Positions 19,090-29,812 of a stretch of DNA of 64,000 nucleotides are shown here, one piece after another. Origin of the DNA: Candidatus Cloacimonadales bacterium (GTDB lineage Bacteria; Cloacimonadota; Cloacimonadia; Cloacimonadales; JAIOQZ01). The notes below the pieces were generated by a model. That model searched no databases, was not told the origin of the DNA, and saw nothing but the letters and a program-made list of their open reading frames with translations. The stretch is from assembly GCA_963674825.1 (NCBI GenBank), contig OY771587.1, positions 1,888,001 to 1,952,000 of the forward strand, read 5' to 3'. Made by a program: the position numbers and the translations under genes. The first letter of the stretch is position 1; the number at the start of each line of letters is the position of its first letter.

Positions 19090-22000
19090 ATGAAGAACTT
19101 AGTACTACTTCTTGGGTTGCTGATGATCAGCCTGTCATTGATGGCTGATTACACACTATTACAAGAAAATTTCGAAGGCGGTGGCCTTCCTGCTGGCTGG
19201 TTCAACTTTTCGATGACCGGATCCGCGTGGGGCGTCAATTCCCCCGGCTACAACAGCAACTACAAGCTTGACCTTTCAAACAGCACCCCAAGTTCGATAG
19301 ACATGGTGGTCGTATCGACACCGGCGATCGATATATCCGGTCTGAACGGCGCACCGTTGATCATCGATTACATGCTCTATCAAGACATCGATCCGGAGAT
19401 GGTTGATATGGGAATGTTTCAGCCGCAATACTCATATGACGGCAGCACCTGGAACGCGATAACAGAAGTGATGTCTGAAGTAGTGGATACATGGCACCCG
19501 CAACAACATGTGTTCTATCCGGAAGCGCAGCCACAAATCTACATCGGCTTTCTTTGCTACATGCTGAACAACACCGGGGCATTGCTCGAATTTGGCATCG
19601 ACGATGTCCAAATATCCGCCGGAGCTCCCGAACTTACACTCAGCGCGACCTCATTCGATTTCGGTACGATCTTCGTCGGCGACTACGCACTCAATACGTT
19701 GACCGTGACCAATACCGGCAGCCTGTCACTCGAATATTCGTTCTCCGTCTCGACATACATGTATATGGACATCAACGGATTCCCCTATACCACCTATAAC
19801 GGAACACTGGGAACGGGTGCTTCGCAGAGCATCGATATCTATTACCATCCGCTAGCGCCATACAACTACATCGGAAGCCTCTTTCCAATGACCTCGAACG
19901 ATCCCAATAACGATGTTGTGAATATAATACTCTCTGCTTCAAGCTTGTATCCGGCTACGGGTTCCAATGTAATAGAGTTCAATGGTACGAACGACTGGGG
20001 CGAATCGAAAGCCCCGTTGCCCATCGGCGCTAACAGCACGGTAACCATCGAAACCTGGTTCAAGGTTACCGGAAGCAACGGTATTCAGTTCCTCACAAGC
20101 TCTGGATCGGAGAAGCTGGAAATTCATTTGGACATGACAAACAACAATCTTCGTTTCATTCCTACCACCGGCGTCTTTCTCGATACGGATCCCGGTACGA
20201 TCAGCATGAATAGCTGGACGCATCTCGCTTGCGTATATAATCCAGGTAGCGGGACTGCCGGAATATACATCAACGGCGTCGGGATGAATGTCACGAACAA
20301 CGGATATAATCCTCTGACAACACCGATCTCGACCTCGCTCGACAATGTCTATCTGGGTGTTCGCGCCGGAATAGTATATCCATTCTCGGGAGCGATGGAC
20401 GAAATCCGCATCTGGAGCTGTGAACGCACGGCCGAACAGATTCGCAACAACAAGCATTTGCCGCTTGCGCTGCCACAGCCAAATCTCATATCCTATTGGC
20501 GATGCGACGAAGTGGAAAGCAAATTCCTTTATGACCCGGTCTGGCTGAATTACTTTGAGATGTACAACTACGATGCGTCGCAGCGTGTCGCTCCGGACTT
20601 CGCGTTTGGTACCGGCGTAGCTGAATGCCTGACCGTTCCATACGGAAGTGGCGTCGTGACCAGCTCCAATACGGGTGTCTCGCTGAACGTCTCCAACGGT
20701 AACGGACAAATATTCAGCGTTACCCGTCTGGATGGCGCTCCGCTCAATCCCCCAACCGGACAGTTCTCCGTGTTCGATGCACAAACGTGGGTGATCCAGA
20801 CCTTCGGCAGTGACCAGATGACTTGTGACATTTCCTATACGCTTTCTGAAGATCTCACTTCTGATGACGAAGCAAATCCGAATAATGCCCGGTCAAACGG
20901 CAGAAACGCAAACACATCTGCTTCATTCACTAATTATGTCGGTGCGATGAATGTCAATGCGGCTACAAATCAGGTGACCTATGGCGGATTGACCGCTGTT
21001 CCTGTTGGGCAGCAGATGATTATCACGCGCCAGAACAATCCTGTTTTTCCGATCATACATCTGGATAGCACATCGCTAGATTTCGGTCAAAACTATATCG
21101 GCGAGGTCACCACGGTAGATCTCCCGATTACGAATAATGGAACAGCGCCGCTCGAATACGATATTACCATAGAAGCGCCGTTCCACTTTGTCATCAATGG
21201 TGCTGTAACCCAGACATGCTCCGGCACTGTGGGCGAAGACGGTGGTTCCGAGATAGTCGAAGTCTATTTCGCGCCGACGGAAGAATGCGTATTTACCGGT
21301 GAGTCATTCTCTATTGCTAGCAACGATCCCGAGACCCCATTTGTGAATGTATCTCTACATGGATCAGCTGTCGCGCAAACTATCGGCGCAAAGTCGGTCC
21401 AGTTCAACGGTACCAACGATTATGCAAAGACCTTCCAGCCTGTTAACTTTGCAGCAGGATCGGCGGTCACGATGGAAATGTGGTTCAACGCCTATAGCGG
21501 CGGTGGGCAAATTCAATTTCTGACGAGTTCGAGTATGGAAGTACTCGAAGCACATCTGGATCTCGAGCATAATTCTCTTATGATCATTCCTACCATCGGC
21601 GTTTACCTTAGCACACCGGAGAACTCAATTGTGCTTGATACATGGACGCACTTGGCTTTCGTTTACGATCCGACGAACTCCTACGCGAAGATATATATAA
21701 ACGGCGTAGATACGCCCTATATCCAGTCTGGCTACAATTCGATCTCTTCTCCGATCCCTACACCGCTCGGTAACACACGCTTCGGAAAAAGAAGTGATAA
21801 CACATTTCCTTTCTTCGGAGCGATAGACGAAATCCGAATCTGGTCATCAGTCCGTAGCGCGAACGATATTCGTAAAAACAAACACCTTACATTATCTCTG
21901 CCAAGTACCGGATTGCTCGCCTATTGGCGCTGCAACGAAACTGAGGGCTCTGCATTATTGGAGGAAATCAATCAGCGTCATGCACAGCTTCAATACTACA

Positions 22001-24096
22001 ATGACAGTGACCGTATCGATCCGGGATTCGTTTTCGGAAACGGTTGGAGTGAAAGCTATGTCGCACCGGCTGATGGAGGTATTCTTGACTGCTCCGGTAG
22101 CTACATTTACTTCGATTTCACTTCCTCTGACAGCCAGGATATCGTATATACCTATCTGTATGGTGCACCTGTCAATCCACCTACCGGATGCTTCACGGTT
22201 TTCAACGACAACACTCGTATCATCCAGGCCTATGGAAGCAGTAATCTGGCAGGAAGCGTAACCTTCTCGGCATTTGGTAATATGACACTGACTGATGAGA
22301 CTTATTACGACAATATCCGTCTCTACGGTCGCGATGCACGCGGTATCGCTAACTTCAATGATGTCACAGGTGCGAGCAGCGTCAGTGCTGCAACCGACAA
22401 GGCGACCTTCCCATTGACATCCACGCTCCAGAATGCGCAGCAGTTCATCATCACCCGTCAGGAAGATCCGTCATCCCCCAGCATCGACCTCAATACTACG
22501 ACACTCGATTTCGGAACCGTATTTCTGGGCTCCACGGGTGAGGCATGGCTGCAAATAACCAATACCGGCTATTCGGATCTGAACTGGACGATCACCTCCG
22601 ATTCTCTGGTTACCATCACAGATGGCGCAGGAGACGACGTTTATGAGTACTCGGCGAGTTGTGAGGCTGGTTATACCTACCATCTTCAACTGAAGTACCA
22701 TCCGACTGCGGTAGGTCCTCAAAGCGGTACCGTAGAGATCACCTCGAACGATCCGCTCCAGCCTTCGGTAAGCGTCGAATGGTCTGGTGAAGGCGATGTA
22801 ATTGAGAACGGTGAATATGCGATCCAATTCTCCGGAAGTAATCAGAATATATCCGTTCCGGCAGATACAAGCTTCTGCGGTTTGGCATACACGATCGAGC
22901 TGTGGTTCATGCGACCGGATTTCACTTCTGCACCGCTATTTATCTGCGCTCGCGATTACGAGAACTACGAGATTCACCTGAATGGTAATACCATCCGATT
23001 TATTCCAGCTTATCATGTATTTCTCGATTCGCCGGCCGACACGTTCGTCGATGGCGAATGGACACACCTCGCCTGTACCTACGATCCATACAACGGCACC
23101 GCCGCGATGTATATCAACGGTACCGAAGTGACATTGACCAACCACGGTACGAATTCCCTTACGACGTATCCCGCCCACACCAACAGCCCGTTCTATATCG
23201 GCTCACGTGCAGGGAATGCATATTGTTTCAATGGTTGCATGGATGAATTCCGCGTCTGGAGCTGCGTTCGTACAGCCGATCAAATCCGCCTTGGCATGCA
23301 TGATCAGCCATCGGTCAATTCGGAAAATCTGAGTGGCTACTGGAAGATGAACTATGGTGAAGGCACAACGGTCTACGATGCCACCCGTAAATGGGATGGG
23401 ACCATTAATGGAGCAACCTGGGTCAATTCTCCGCTGATCCTTGGCGAGAATATCACACACGTCTATCAGGCCCCAACTGTAGCCGGAACGCTGGACTGCC
23501 CGGAAGTCGATATGTCCTTCGAGTTCCCCGTGGCTGCCGACGGAACATTCTATATCACGATGTGCCCGGAGACAACCTCCCGACGCCAGCGCTACAATGA
23601 GGTCTTCGACGATCCCACACGCATCTTATACTACTACGGCAGCACAATGCCTGATGTAACAATGACCGTCGGAATCAACGATTCTTTCACGGATATGGAC
23701 GATTATGACCCGACGAACATATGTCTTGGAACTCGCACAGATGGAAATTTCGATGAATACATAATTGGACAGGGTGCATACAGTGTCTATTCTGAAACCG
23801 GTGAGGCGGTATATGAAAATCCGCTCAATGGTATGAATGGAACGCAGTTCTACCTTGTACGCGAAGGCGAACCGGAGCTTGGCAAACCGCGCGGAGTTCA
23901 GCTTACCGTTGCAGAAGGAATTGTTGAAATTACCTGGGATGCCGTTCCTGGTGCAACGTTCTATGTGGTTAAATTCGCCTCTACGCCTGATGGCGAGTTC
24001 AGTACTGCTCCGAATGGCGAAACAACCGAAACCACTTGGAGCGGTTCAGTCACCGAAGCAAAGATGTTCTATCGGATTTCTGCGATTCAAGAATAA
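19090..24096 (+). CDS. Large secreted protein with three [Ig/ASH-like + LamG jelly-roll] repeats
   Basis: Signal peptide; three copies of F.G.N...T.E.WF...WTHLA..Y.P....YING...G..DE.R.WS; three xDFG...TN.G...SNDP Ig modules; FN3-like tail. AGGAGG RBS. Confidence 0.88.
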   Translation: MKNLVLLLGLLMISLSLMADYTLLQENFEGGGLPAGWFNFSMTGSAWGVNSPGYNSNYKLDLSNSTPSSIDMVVVSTPAIDISGLNGAPLIIDYMLYQDIDPEMVDMGMFQPQYSYDGSTWNAITEVMSEVVDTWHPQQHVFYPEAQPQIYIGFLCYMLNNTGALLEFGIDDVQISAGAPELTLSATSFDFGTIFVGDYALNTLTVTNTGSLSLEYSFSVSTYMYMDINGFPYTTYNGTLGTGASQSIDIYYHPLAPYNYIGSLFPMTSNDPNNDVVNIILSASSLYPATGSNVIEFNGTNDWGESKAPLPIGANSTVTIETWFKVTGSNGIQFLTSSGSEKLEIHLDMTNNNLRFIPTTGVFLDTDPGTISMNSWTHLACVYNPGSGTAGIYINGVGMNVTNNGYNPLTTPISTSLDNVYLGVRAGIVYPFSGAMDEIRIWSCERTAEQIRNNKHLPLALPQPNLISYWRCDEVESKFLYDPVWLNYFEMYNYDASQRVAPDFAFGTGVAECLTVPYGSGVVTSSNTGVSLNVSNGNGQIFSVTRLDGAPLNPPTGQFSVFDAQTWVIQTFGSDQMTCDISYTLSEDLTSDDEANPNNARSNGRNANTSASFTNYVGAMNVNAATNQVTYGGLTAVPVGQQMIITRQNNPVFPIIHLDSTSLDFGQNYIGEVTTVDLPITNNGTAPLEYDITIEAPFHFVINGAVTQTCSGTVGEDGGSEIVEVYFAPTEECVFTGESFSIASNDPETPFVNVSLHGSAVAQTIGAKSVQFNGTNDYAKTFQPVNFAAGSAVTMEMWFNAYSGGGQIQFLTSSSMEVLEAHLDLEHNSLMIIPTIGVYLSTPENSIVLDTWTHLAFVYDPTNSYAKIYINGVDTPYIQSGYNSISSPIPTPLGNTRFGKRSDNTFPFFGAIDEIRIWSSVRSANDIRKNKHLTLSLPSTGLLAYWRCNETEGSALLEEINQRHAQLQYYNDSDRIDPGFVFGNGWSESYVAPADGGILDCSGSYIYFDFTSSDSQDIVYTYLYGAPVNPPTGCFTVFNDNTRIIQAYGSSNLAGSVTFSAFGNMTLTDETYYDNIRLYGRDARGIANFNDVTGASSVSAATDKATFPLTSTLQNAQQFIITRQEDPSSPSIDLNTTTLDFGTVFLGSTGEAWLQITNTGYSDLNWTITSDSLVTITDGAGDDVYEYSASCEAGYTYHLQLKYHPTAVGPQSGTVEITSNDPLQPSVSVEWSGEGDVIENGEYAIQFSGSNQNISVPADTSFCGLAYTIELWFMRPDFTSAPLFICARDYENYEIHLNGNTIRFIPAYHVFLDSPADTFVDGEWTHLACTYDPYNGTAAMYINGTEVTLTNHGTNSLTTYPAHTNSPFYIGSRAGNAYCFNGCMDEFRVWSCVRTADQIRLGMHDQPSVNSENLSGYWKMNYGEGTTVYDATRKWDGTINGATWVNSPLILGENITHVYQAPTVAGTLDCPEVDMSFEFPVAADGTFYITMCPETTSRRQRYNEVFDDPTRILYYYGSTMPDVTMTVGINDSFTDMDDYDPTNICLGTRTDGNFDEYIIGQGAYSVYSETGEAVYENPLNGMNGTQFYLVREGEPELGKPRGVQLTVAEGIVEITWDAVPGATFYVVKFASTPDGEFSTAPNGETTETTWSGSVTEAKMFYRISAIQE

Positions 24097-24110
24097 TTTC
24101 CCCAGCCAAC

Positions 24111-24150
24111 AAAGGGCCGGTATCTGTATTGATACCGGTCTTTTGCTTTT
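24111..24150 (+). terminator. Intrinsic terminator
   Basis: AAAGGGCCGGTATC-tgtatt-GATACCGGTCTTTT followed by gctttt. Confidence 0.8.
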
Positions 24151-24254
24151 ATATAAGGGCGTTGCATTTCCTTTGGATATCTAATCGGGATAAGTTGACA
24201 AAAAAACACGGCCTGATTTTGTCGTTTTGATACCTTAAAAATACGAGGTGCAAT

Positions 24255-25067
24255 ATGGAACAATTCAGCAAAGTTCTAACCGAATGTATCGGAATCAACC
24301 GGAAACCGGCTAATAAGGAAGCAACTCTGCGTGAGATCGCAAAGCTGGCGAAACAGCATCCTGTTCTTAAGAACCACGATGAAGAGCAGATTTACAATCG
24401 CCTGGTCGCACGTGAGAAACAAGGTTCAACCGGTTTTGGAAACGAAATCGCAATCCCGCACTGCATGATTGACGATATCGATCAATTTGTAATTGGATTC
24501 TTGACCATCCCTGATGGTGTGGAATTCGATTCACTCGACGATCAGAAAGTTCGTTTGATCGCCTATATCATCGCCCCTTCCAGTAAGCGTAACGAGCACA
24601 TCCGAATCTTGAGCGCGCTTTCCAGCGTTTTCCGTAAGAAAAACGCGGTACACGAGATGATCGGCGCGACATCTTCACAAGAGCTCATCAAACGCTTCCT
24701 GAAGCATATTCCCGCTCCGAAGAAGGGTGAAAAGACGACGGAATACAACCTTCTGCATCTTCACGTGCAGAACGAGGATGCCTTTATCGATCTGCTTGAA
24801 CTGATGGCGGAAACGCCTAATTGCTGTATGTCGATTGTGGAAGCCAACGACGCGCAGAACTACCTCCACTCCCTCCCGCTCTTTGCGAGCTTCTGGACAG
24901 AGGAGACCAGGGGATTTCACCGCATAATCGTGGCTACCATCGATAAAGCGCTTTCCAACGATCTGATCCGCAAGATCAATATGATCGTCGAGTCTTACCC
25001 GGAAGAAGCCGGGATCTTGCTTACCGTTCAGAGCCTTGTCTATCTGAACGGCTGGCTTAACCTGTAG
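24255..25067 (+). CDS. PTS EIIA (Fru/Ntr-type) domain with C-terminal PII-like domain
   Basis: RE..GSTGFGNEIAIPHC (phospho-His), GVEFDSLD. The C-terminal ~115 aa resemble those of 48877..49698. Confidence 0.85.
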   Translation: MEQFSKVLTECIGINRKPANKEATLREIAKLAKQHPVLKNHDEEQIYNRLVAREKQGSTGFGNEIAIPHCMIDDIDQFVIGFLTIPDGVEFDSLDDQKVRLIAYIIAPSSKRNEHIRILSALSSVFRKKNAVHEMIGATSSQELIKRFLKHIPAPKKGEKTTEYNLLHLHVQNEDAFIDLLELMAETPNCCMSIVEANDAQNYLHSLPLFASFWTEETRGFHRIIVATIDKALSNDLIRKINMIVESYPEEAGILLTVQSLVYLNGWLNL

Positions 25068-25076
25068 GGGTGCATC

Positions 25077-26359
25077 ATGATACCCGAAACAGTCAATATT
25101 CCAGTGCTTTTGACGCTGGGCTTCGTGATCGTTGCCGGATTCTATCTTGGCAGGAACATGAAATGGATCAAGATGCCGGCGCTGATCGGTTACATGATTC
25201 TTGGCGTACTGTTGGGACCATCGCTATTCAATCTTCTCCCGTTTGCATTACAGGATAAGCTCGAATTCATCACCAACATCGCGCTGAGCTTCGTCGCGAT
25301 CAGTATCGGTCTGGAAATGAAATACTCAGCGCTTAAGAAGTTGGGTGCCGGTATTCTCTGGATCATCCTTTTCGAGTGCGTAGGCGCATTCGTCATCGTT
25401 TTTGCTGTGCTGTACCCGCTGACAGGTGACCTTGTCTTGTCGCTGATCTTCGCATCGATCGCGCCAGCGAGCGCACCGGCAGGTACCGTCGCTGTCATTG
25501 AAGAATACAAAGCAAAGGGTAGCCTTACCAAAGCGCTTTATGCGGTTGTCGGTCTGGATGACGGTGTGGGAATCATTATCTTCGGTTTCACCGCGTCGAT
25601 CTGCCGTACTCTTCTTGTGAGAGAGGCTGGTGGTGGAGAAATCGATGTCATGATGTTGCTTTTTGAGCCATTCAAAGAGGTGGTTCTGAGCTTTCTGATC
25701 GGTGGAGCGCTTGGCTGGCTCTTCTCCATCATGGCTCGTCGCCTGAAAACCGCCGGAGACGTGTTGATTCTCCTGTTTGGATTTATGTTCATGTCTGCCG
25801 GACTGTGCGAATGGCTTGGTCTCTCTGTGATTCTGACCAACATGGTCGTTGGCGCGATTGTGGTCAACACTCAGCCGCATTCACTGGTCAGCAAAATCTA
25901 CGATCGTCTTCCGATGATCATGCCACTATTGTTCCTGCTATTCTTTACGCTTGGAGGTGCAAACCTTCAGGTGCGCCAACTCCCAGCGCTGGGTGTTCTC
26001 GGTATCGTCTATCTGCTGGCACGTAGTGCAGGGCTTATCGGTGGTGCGTATTTCGGAGGCATGGCCGGGAAGGTCGAAGAGAAGATTAAAAAATACCTTG
26101 GTCTGGGCATCCTTGCGCAGGCTGGTGTAGCGATCGGTCTTTCGCTAGTTATAAAAAACGACTTCGCCAACCTCGGTGGCATGGTTCCCGGCTGAACGGC
26201 GAGATGATCAAGCATGGTGCGCTGATCGGTCAATCGGTCATTACGACGATTACAGCAACAAGTGTGATCTTCGGTATTATCGGCCCGATCCTGGCTAAAA
26301 TCGCGCTTCAAAAAGCTGGTGAAATCACATACGATCCCTACAAATCACAGGATAAATAA
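25077..26359 (+). pseudogene. CPA2 cation:proton antiporter, frameshifted near 26190
   Basis: The ORF stops at 26195, but the -1 frame continues LNGEMIKHGALIGQSVITTITATSVIFGIIGPILAKIALQKAGEI..* to 26359, aligning with the C-terminus of the next paralogue. Confidence 0.8.
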
Positions 26360-26363
26360 GTTT

Positions 26364-26406
26364 GGAGCTTCCGACTAAGCGATCTGCTGAAAGGAAGCTC
26401 ATTTTT
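26364..26406 (+). terminator. Hairpin with T-tract between the antiporter paralogues
   Basis: GAGCTTCC...GGAAGCTC followed by attttt. Confidence 0.5.
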
Positions 26407-26433
26407 AACAAGATAATCGAAAAAGGACGGTAG

Positions 26434-27699
26434 ATGCTACATCTTGATCTTTCAACGTTCGTAATTATCGGTATCGTAATCATCGTTGCATATCATGCAG
26501 GCAAGAATATCCGCTATCTGAAGTTACCGTCTCTGATCGGATATATGATACTTGGGGTGCTCCTGGGGCCGTCGTTACTGAACATCCTCACAGAGTCTGT
26601 GCAGCACCACCTCAGCTTCATTACCGAGATCGCGCTCAGTTTCGTTGCCGTGAGTATCGGACTTGAACTGAAATTCTCAAGCCTGAAGAAGCTGGGCATG
26701 GGTATCATCTGGATCATCCTGATGGAATCGTTCGGCGCGTTTATTATCGTTTTTACCGGACTGTACCTATTCACAGGCGATCTTCCCCTAGCGCTGGTCT
26801 TCGGTGCGATAGCACCGGCGAGTGCTCCGGCCGGAACCGTGGCGGTCATCCAGGAATACCGTGCTCGTGGTAGCCTTACCAAGACGCTCTATGCGGTTGT
26901 CGGGTTCGACGATGGCCTCGGAATCATCATCTTCGGTTTTGCGGCCTCATTCGCGAGGATGATCCTTGATCGTGAGGGCGGCGCTGATGATATCGGGTTG
27001 ATGCAATTGCTCATGAGTCCGGTGATGGAAATCGCGTTCAGCATCCTGGTTGGTATCGCGGCAGGTTGGCTCTTCGCCATCATGTCAAGACGTCTTAAGA
27101 ATCCCACCGATGTGATGCTGCTCCTGTTCGGATATGTATTTCTTTCCACTGGTCTTTGCGAAATGCTGCATCTTTCAGTGATCCTGACCAATATGATACT
27201 CGGAATGTTGATCGTCAACACCCAGCAACACGCGCTGGTACAGAAGATTCACGATCGTCTTCCCTTGATCATGCCTCTTCTATTTCTGCTGTTTTTTACG
27301 CTCGCAGGCGCGCATCTTCACCTTTCCAACCTTCCTGCGCTTGGATTACTGGGAATCGTTTATATTATCCTGCGCACTGCTGGACTGATGGGCGGTTCGT
27401 ACCTGGGCGGTTATCTGGGTAAGGTGGAAAAGAAAATCCGAAACTACACCGGTATGGGTATCCTCTCGCAGGCAGGTGTGGCGATCGGTCTAGCGCTGAT
27501 TGTCAAACACGAATTTACTCACGTCGGAAAGATGGTTGAGACAGCATCCGGAGAAATGACACGTGGTGCGCACATCGGAGCAATCGTCATCACCACCGTC
27601 ACCGCGACCTGCATCTTCTTCGAGATTATCGGCCCCATCCTGACACGAATCGCACTTACTAAGGCCGGAGAGATACCGACTGATGCCAGTGACGATTGA
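26434..27699 (+). CDS. CPA2 cation:proton antiporter
   Basis: GYMILGVLLGPS, APASAPAGT, VVGFDD, SQAGVAIGL, EIIGP; about 12 TM helices. Confidence 0.9.
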   Translation: MLHLDLSTFVIIGIVIIVAYHAGKNIRYLKLPSLIGYMILGVLLGPSLLNILTESVQHHLSFITEIALSFVAVSIGLELKFSSLKKLGMGIIWIILMESFGAFIIVFTGLYLFTGDLPLALVFGAIAPASAPAGTVAVIQEYRARGSLTKTLYAVVGFDDGLGIIIFGFAASFARMILDREGGADDIGLMQLLMSPVMEIAFSILVGIAAGWLFAIMSRRLKNPTDVMLLLFGYVFLSTGLCEMLHLSVILTNMILGMLIVNTQQHALVQKIHDRLPLIMPLLFLLFFTLAGAHLHLSNLPALGLLGIVYIILRTAGLMGGSYLGGYLGKVEKKIRNYTGMGILSQAGVAIGLALIVKHEFTHVGKMVETASGEMTRGAHIGAIVITTVTATCIFFEIIGPILTRIALTKAGEIPTDASDD

Positions 27700-28891
27700 T
27701 ATCGCTTCTGCCCGTAATCTTGCGCTTAACAGCCAGTTTCCTACGCTGAAAGCAACAGGTAAGGATCTTACACAGCAAACAATCGAGCATCTCGGCTACG
27801 TACAGATCGATACTATTTCCGTGATCGAACGTGCTCATCATCACACGCAATGGACCAGAAATAACGACTATGAACACGCGCATCTCGATGCTTTACAGGA
27901 AACTGACCGTGCCGTGTTCGAATATTGGGGCCATGCTGCCAGCATCCTGCCAATGAAGGATTATCGATACTATATCCCCCTCATGAAGCGTAAATTCCGT
28001 AAAAGCGCGCGCGAATGGCTGGGCATTGATACCCATGACGTGATTATGACGGAAGTGCTGGATCGTATCAGGAAAGATGGTGCGCTCGGGTCGAAGGATT
28101 TCGAGGACGAACGTAATTCACGTACTGGTGGATGGGGTGACTGGAAGCCTGCAAAACGAGCGCTGGAATTGCTTTTCTGGAGTGGCGAACTTATGATAAC
28201 ACGTCGCGATAAATTCCAGCGAGTCTATGACCTCACAGAACGAGTTCTTCCCGATTCGGTCGATACAACGATTCCTACGGACGATGAACTGGGTCGATTC
28301 CTTGTCAGGACTGCACTCAGAGCACACGGGATCTGCACAGAGAAAGATATCTTCGATCATCTTCCTATCACTTCGAAACAGGTTATCCGAAAGGCGATCA
28401 AGGAGATGATGAAAGCCGGTGAAATCGTACATGTATCTGTCGAGTCGCTCAAGGATACGTGGTTCGTGTTGCCTGATTCTTTGGATGATAACATGTTGAT
28501 GAATACACAGCATAATGGCTGTATACTGCTCTCTCCCTTCGATAACAGCATCATCCTGCGCGATCGTTTGCTGAAGCTCTTTGGATTCGATTACAAGATT
28601 GAGTGCTATGTCCCGGCAGCGAAGAGGATTTACGGTTATTTCACTACACCGATCCTTTACAACGGCGTGTTCATGGGTCGGATCGATCCCAAAGCGGATC
28701 GCCCGAAGAAAACGCTACTTCTACGCAATGTCGTCTTCGAGCCGGATGTCGCTGTTGCTTCCGAGTTTCTGCAATCGTTAGCGCAAGCATTGAAAGATTT
28801 TGCCTTATTCAACCGATGCCATCATATTATACTTGAGAAATGTGAGCCCAAGAAGGTTCATAATCAATTACAGAGGTGGCTCGATCGATGA
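27683..28891 (+). CDS. YcaQ-family winged-helix DNA crosslink-repair glycosylase
   Basis: QIDTISVIERAHH, FEYWGHAAS, FQRVYDLTERV, LLSPFD, IECYVP..KR.YGYF. Confidence 0.88.
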   Translation: MPVTIDIASARNLALNSQFPTLKATGKDLTQQTIEHLGYVQIDTISVIERAHHHTQWTRNNDYEHAHLDALQETDRAVFEYWGHAASILPMKDYRYYIPLMKRKFRKSAREWLGIDTHDVIMTEVLDRIRKDGALGSKDFEDERNSRTGGWGDWKPAKRALELLFWSGELMITRRDKFQRVYDLTERVLPDSVDTTIPTDDELGRFLVRTALRAHGICTEKDIFDHLPITSKQVIRKAIKEMMKAGEIVHVSVESLKDTWFVLPDSLDDNMLMNTQHNGCILLSPFDNSIILRDRLLKLFGFDYKIECYVPAAKRIYGYFTTPILYNGVFMGRIDPKADRPKKTLLLRNVVFEPDVAVASEFLQSLAQALKDFALFNRCHHIILEKCEPKKVHNQLQRWLDR

Positions 28892-29478
28892 GTTTAAGAT
28901 GCCTTGGCGCGTGTTTGGCCATTCTTGCCGTGGCAGGATGCGCGATTTTTATACCACCGGATATTTATTCGGTTCCAATCAGGACGGGTCTTCCGCAGGA
29001 AGCGCTGGATACGTTCAATACGATTGACCTCAATTACCGTATCGAGCTTGAGCCGTATGAGGACGCGGAAATGGTCAGCATCAAAGCGCCCAGCGGTCAT
29101 TATTATGAATTCGGCTTCTGGTCAGCACTCGATTCCACTCTCACGCGCTGGGCTGACTACAAATTCATAGGTGACAGCGAAGAACCGGATGGCGTTATCC
29201 ATGTTCGGTTCGATAAATTCATCAGTAAAACAGAGTACCTCAATAAAGGAACTCGCGATTTCCTCTATGAACTCGGGATTGTCGCCAAGCTATCCATCCA
29301 GAATCATGAAAAGACCTGGGATAAGCCGATCATTGTAAATCTCAAGATACCAGTTGAGGGCGATGAAACTTCCATCGCCCAGATAAAAGAGGGTATCGAC
29401 TACGCGCTCCTCGAATTCATTATCGATATCGATCTGTTTGTGGATCGCGAAATGTCGAACGTTACTGATTCGGATTAG
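28888..29478 (+). CDS. Hypothetical lipoprotein
   Basis: Lipobox VAGC; ATG 28888 overlaps the upstream stop. Confidence 0.7.
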   Translation: MSLRCLGACLAILAVAGCAIFIPPDIYSVPIRTGLPQEALDTFNTIDLNYRIELEPYEDAEMVSIKAPSGHYYEFGFWSALDSTLTRWADYKFIGDSEEPDGVIHVRFDKFISKTEYLNKGTRDFLYELGIVAKLSIQNHEKTWDKPIIVNLKIPVEGDETSIAQIKEGIDYALLEFIIDIDLFVDREMSNVTDSD

Positions 29479-29693
29479 TCTTTTAACTCAAATTCCGCAC
29501 ATTCCCACACCGGCAACACGATTTTCTTCTCAGCAGCAAGCGTTAGCACCTGATGAATGATCGGGCAGCCTTTATCTTCTGCTTCGGGCTTGAACTTCTT
29601 GCAATCCCAGCACATGCAGAATTCCTTCTGGCGGTTGTGTAAATCCTCGCGAACCCATATTGTTACACCATTCTTCTCAGCCTGTTTGTACAT
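29475..29693 (-). CDS. Small Cys-rich hypothetical protein (72 aa)
   Basis: GGAGG RBS before MYKQ; CMCWDC...CP...WEC. Confidence 0.7.
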   Translation of the reverse strand: MYKQAEKNGVTIWVREDLHNRQKEFCMCWDCKKFKPEAEDKGCPIIHQVLTLAAEKKIVLPVWECAEFELKD

Positions 29694-29812
29694 GATACCT
29701 CCAAAAAATAATATCATCTTCAAAACGACAAATATGTGATGTTGTTACGAGAGTATGTTGATAATGCAATTGGGTTAATCTGTGAACGATGAATTCGAGC
29801 GGTTAGCTTCTT

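Noticed and set aside
26193..26195. Selenocysteine or stop read-through at the antiporter TGA
   Set aside because: The same frame hits another TGA four codons later, and the homologous tail is in the -1 frame.
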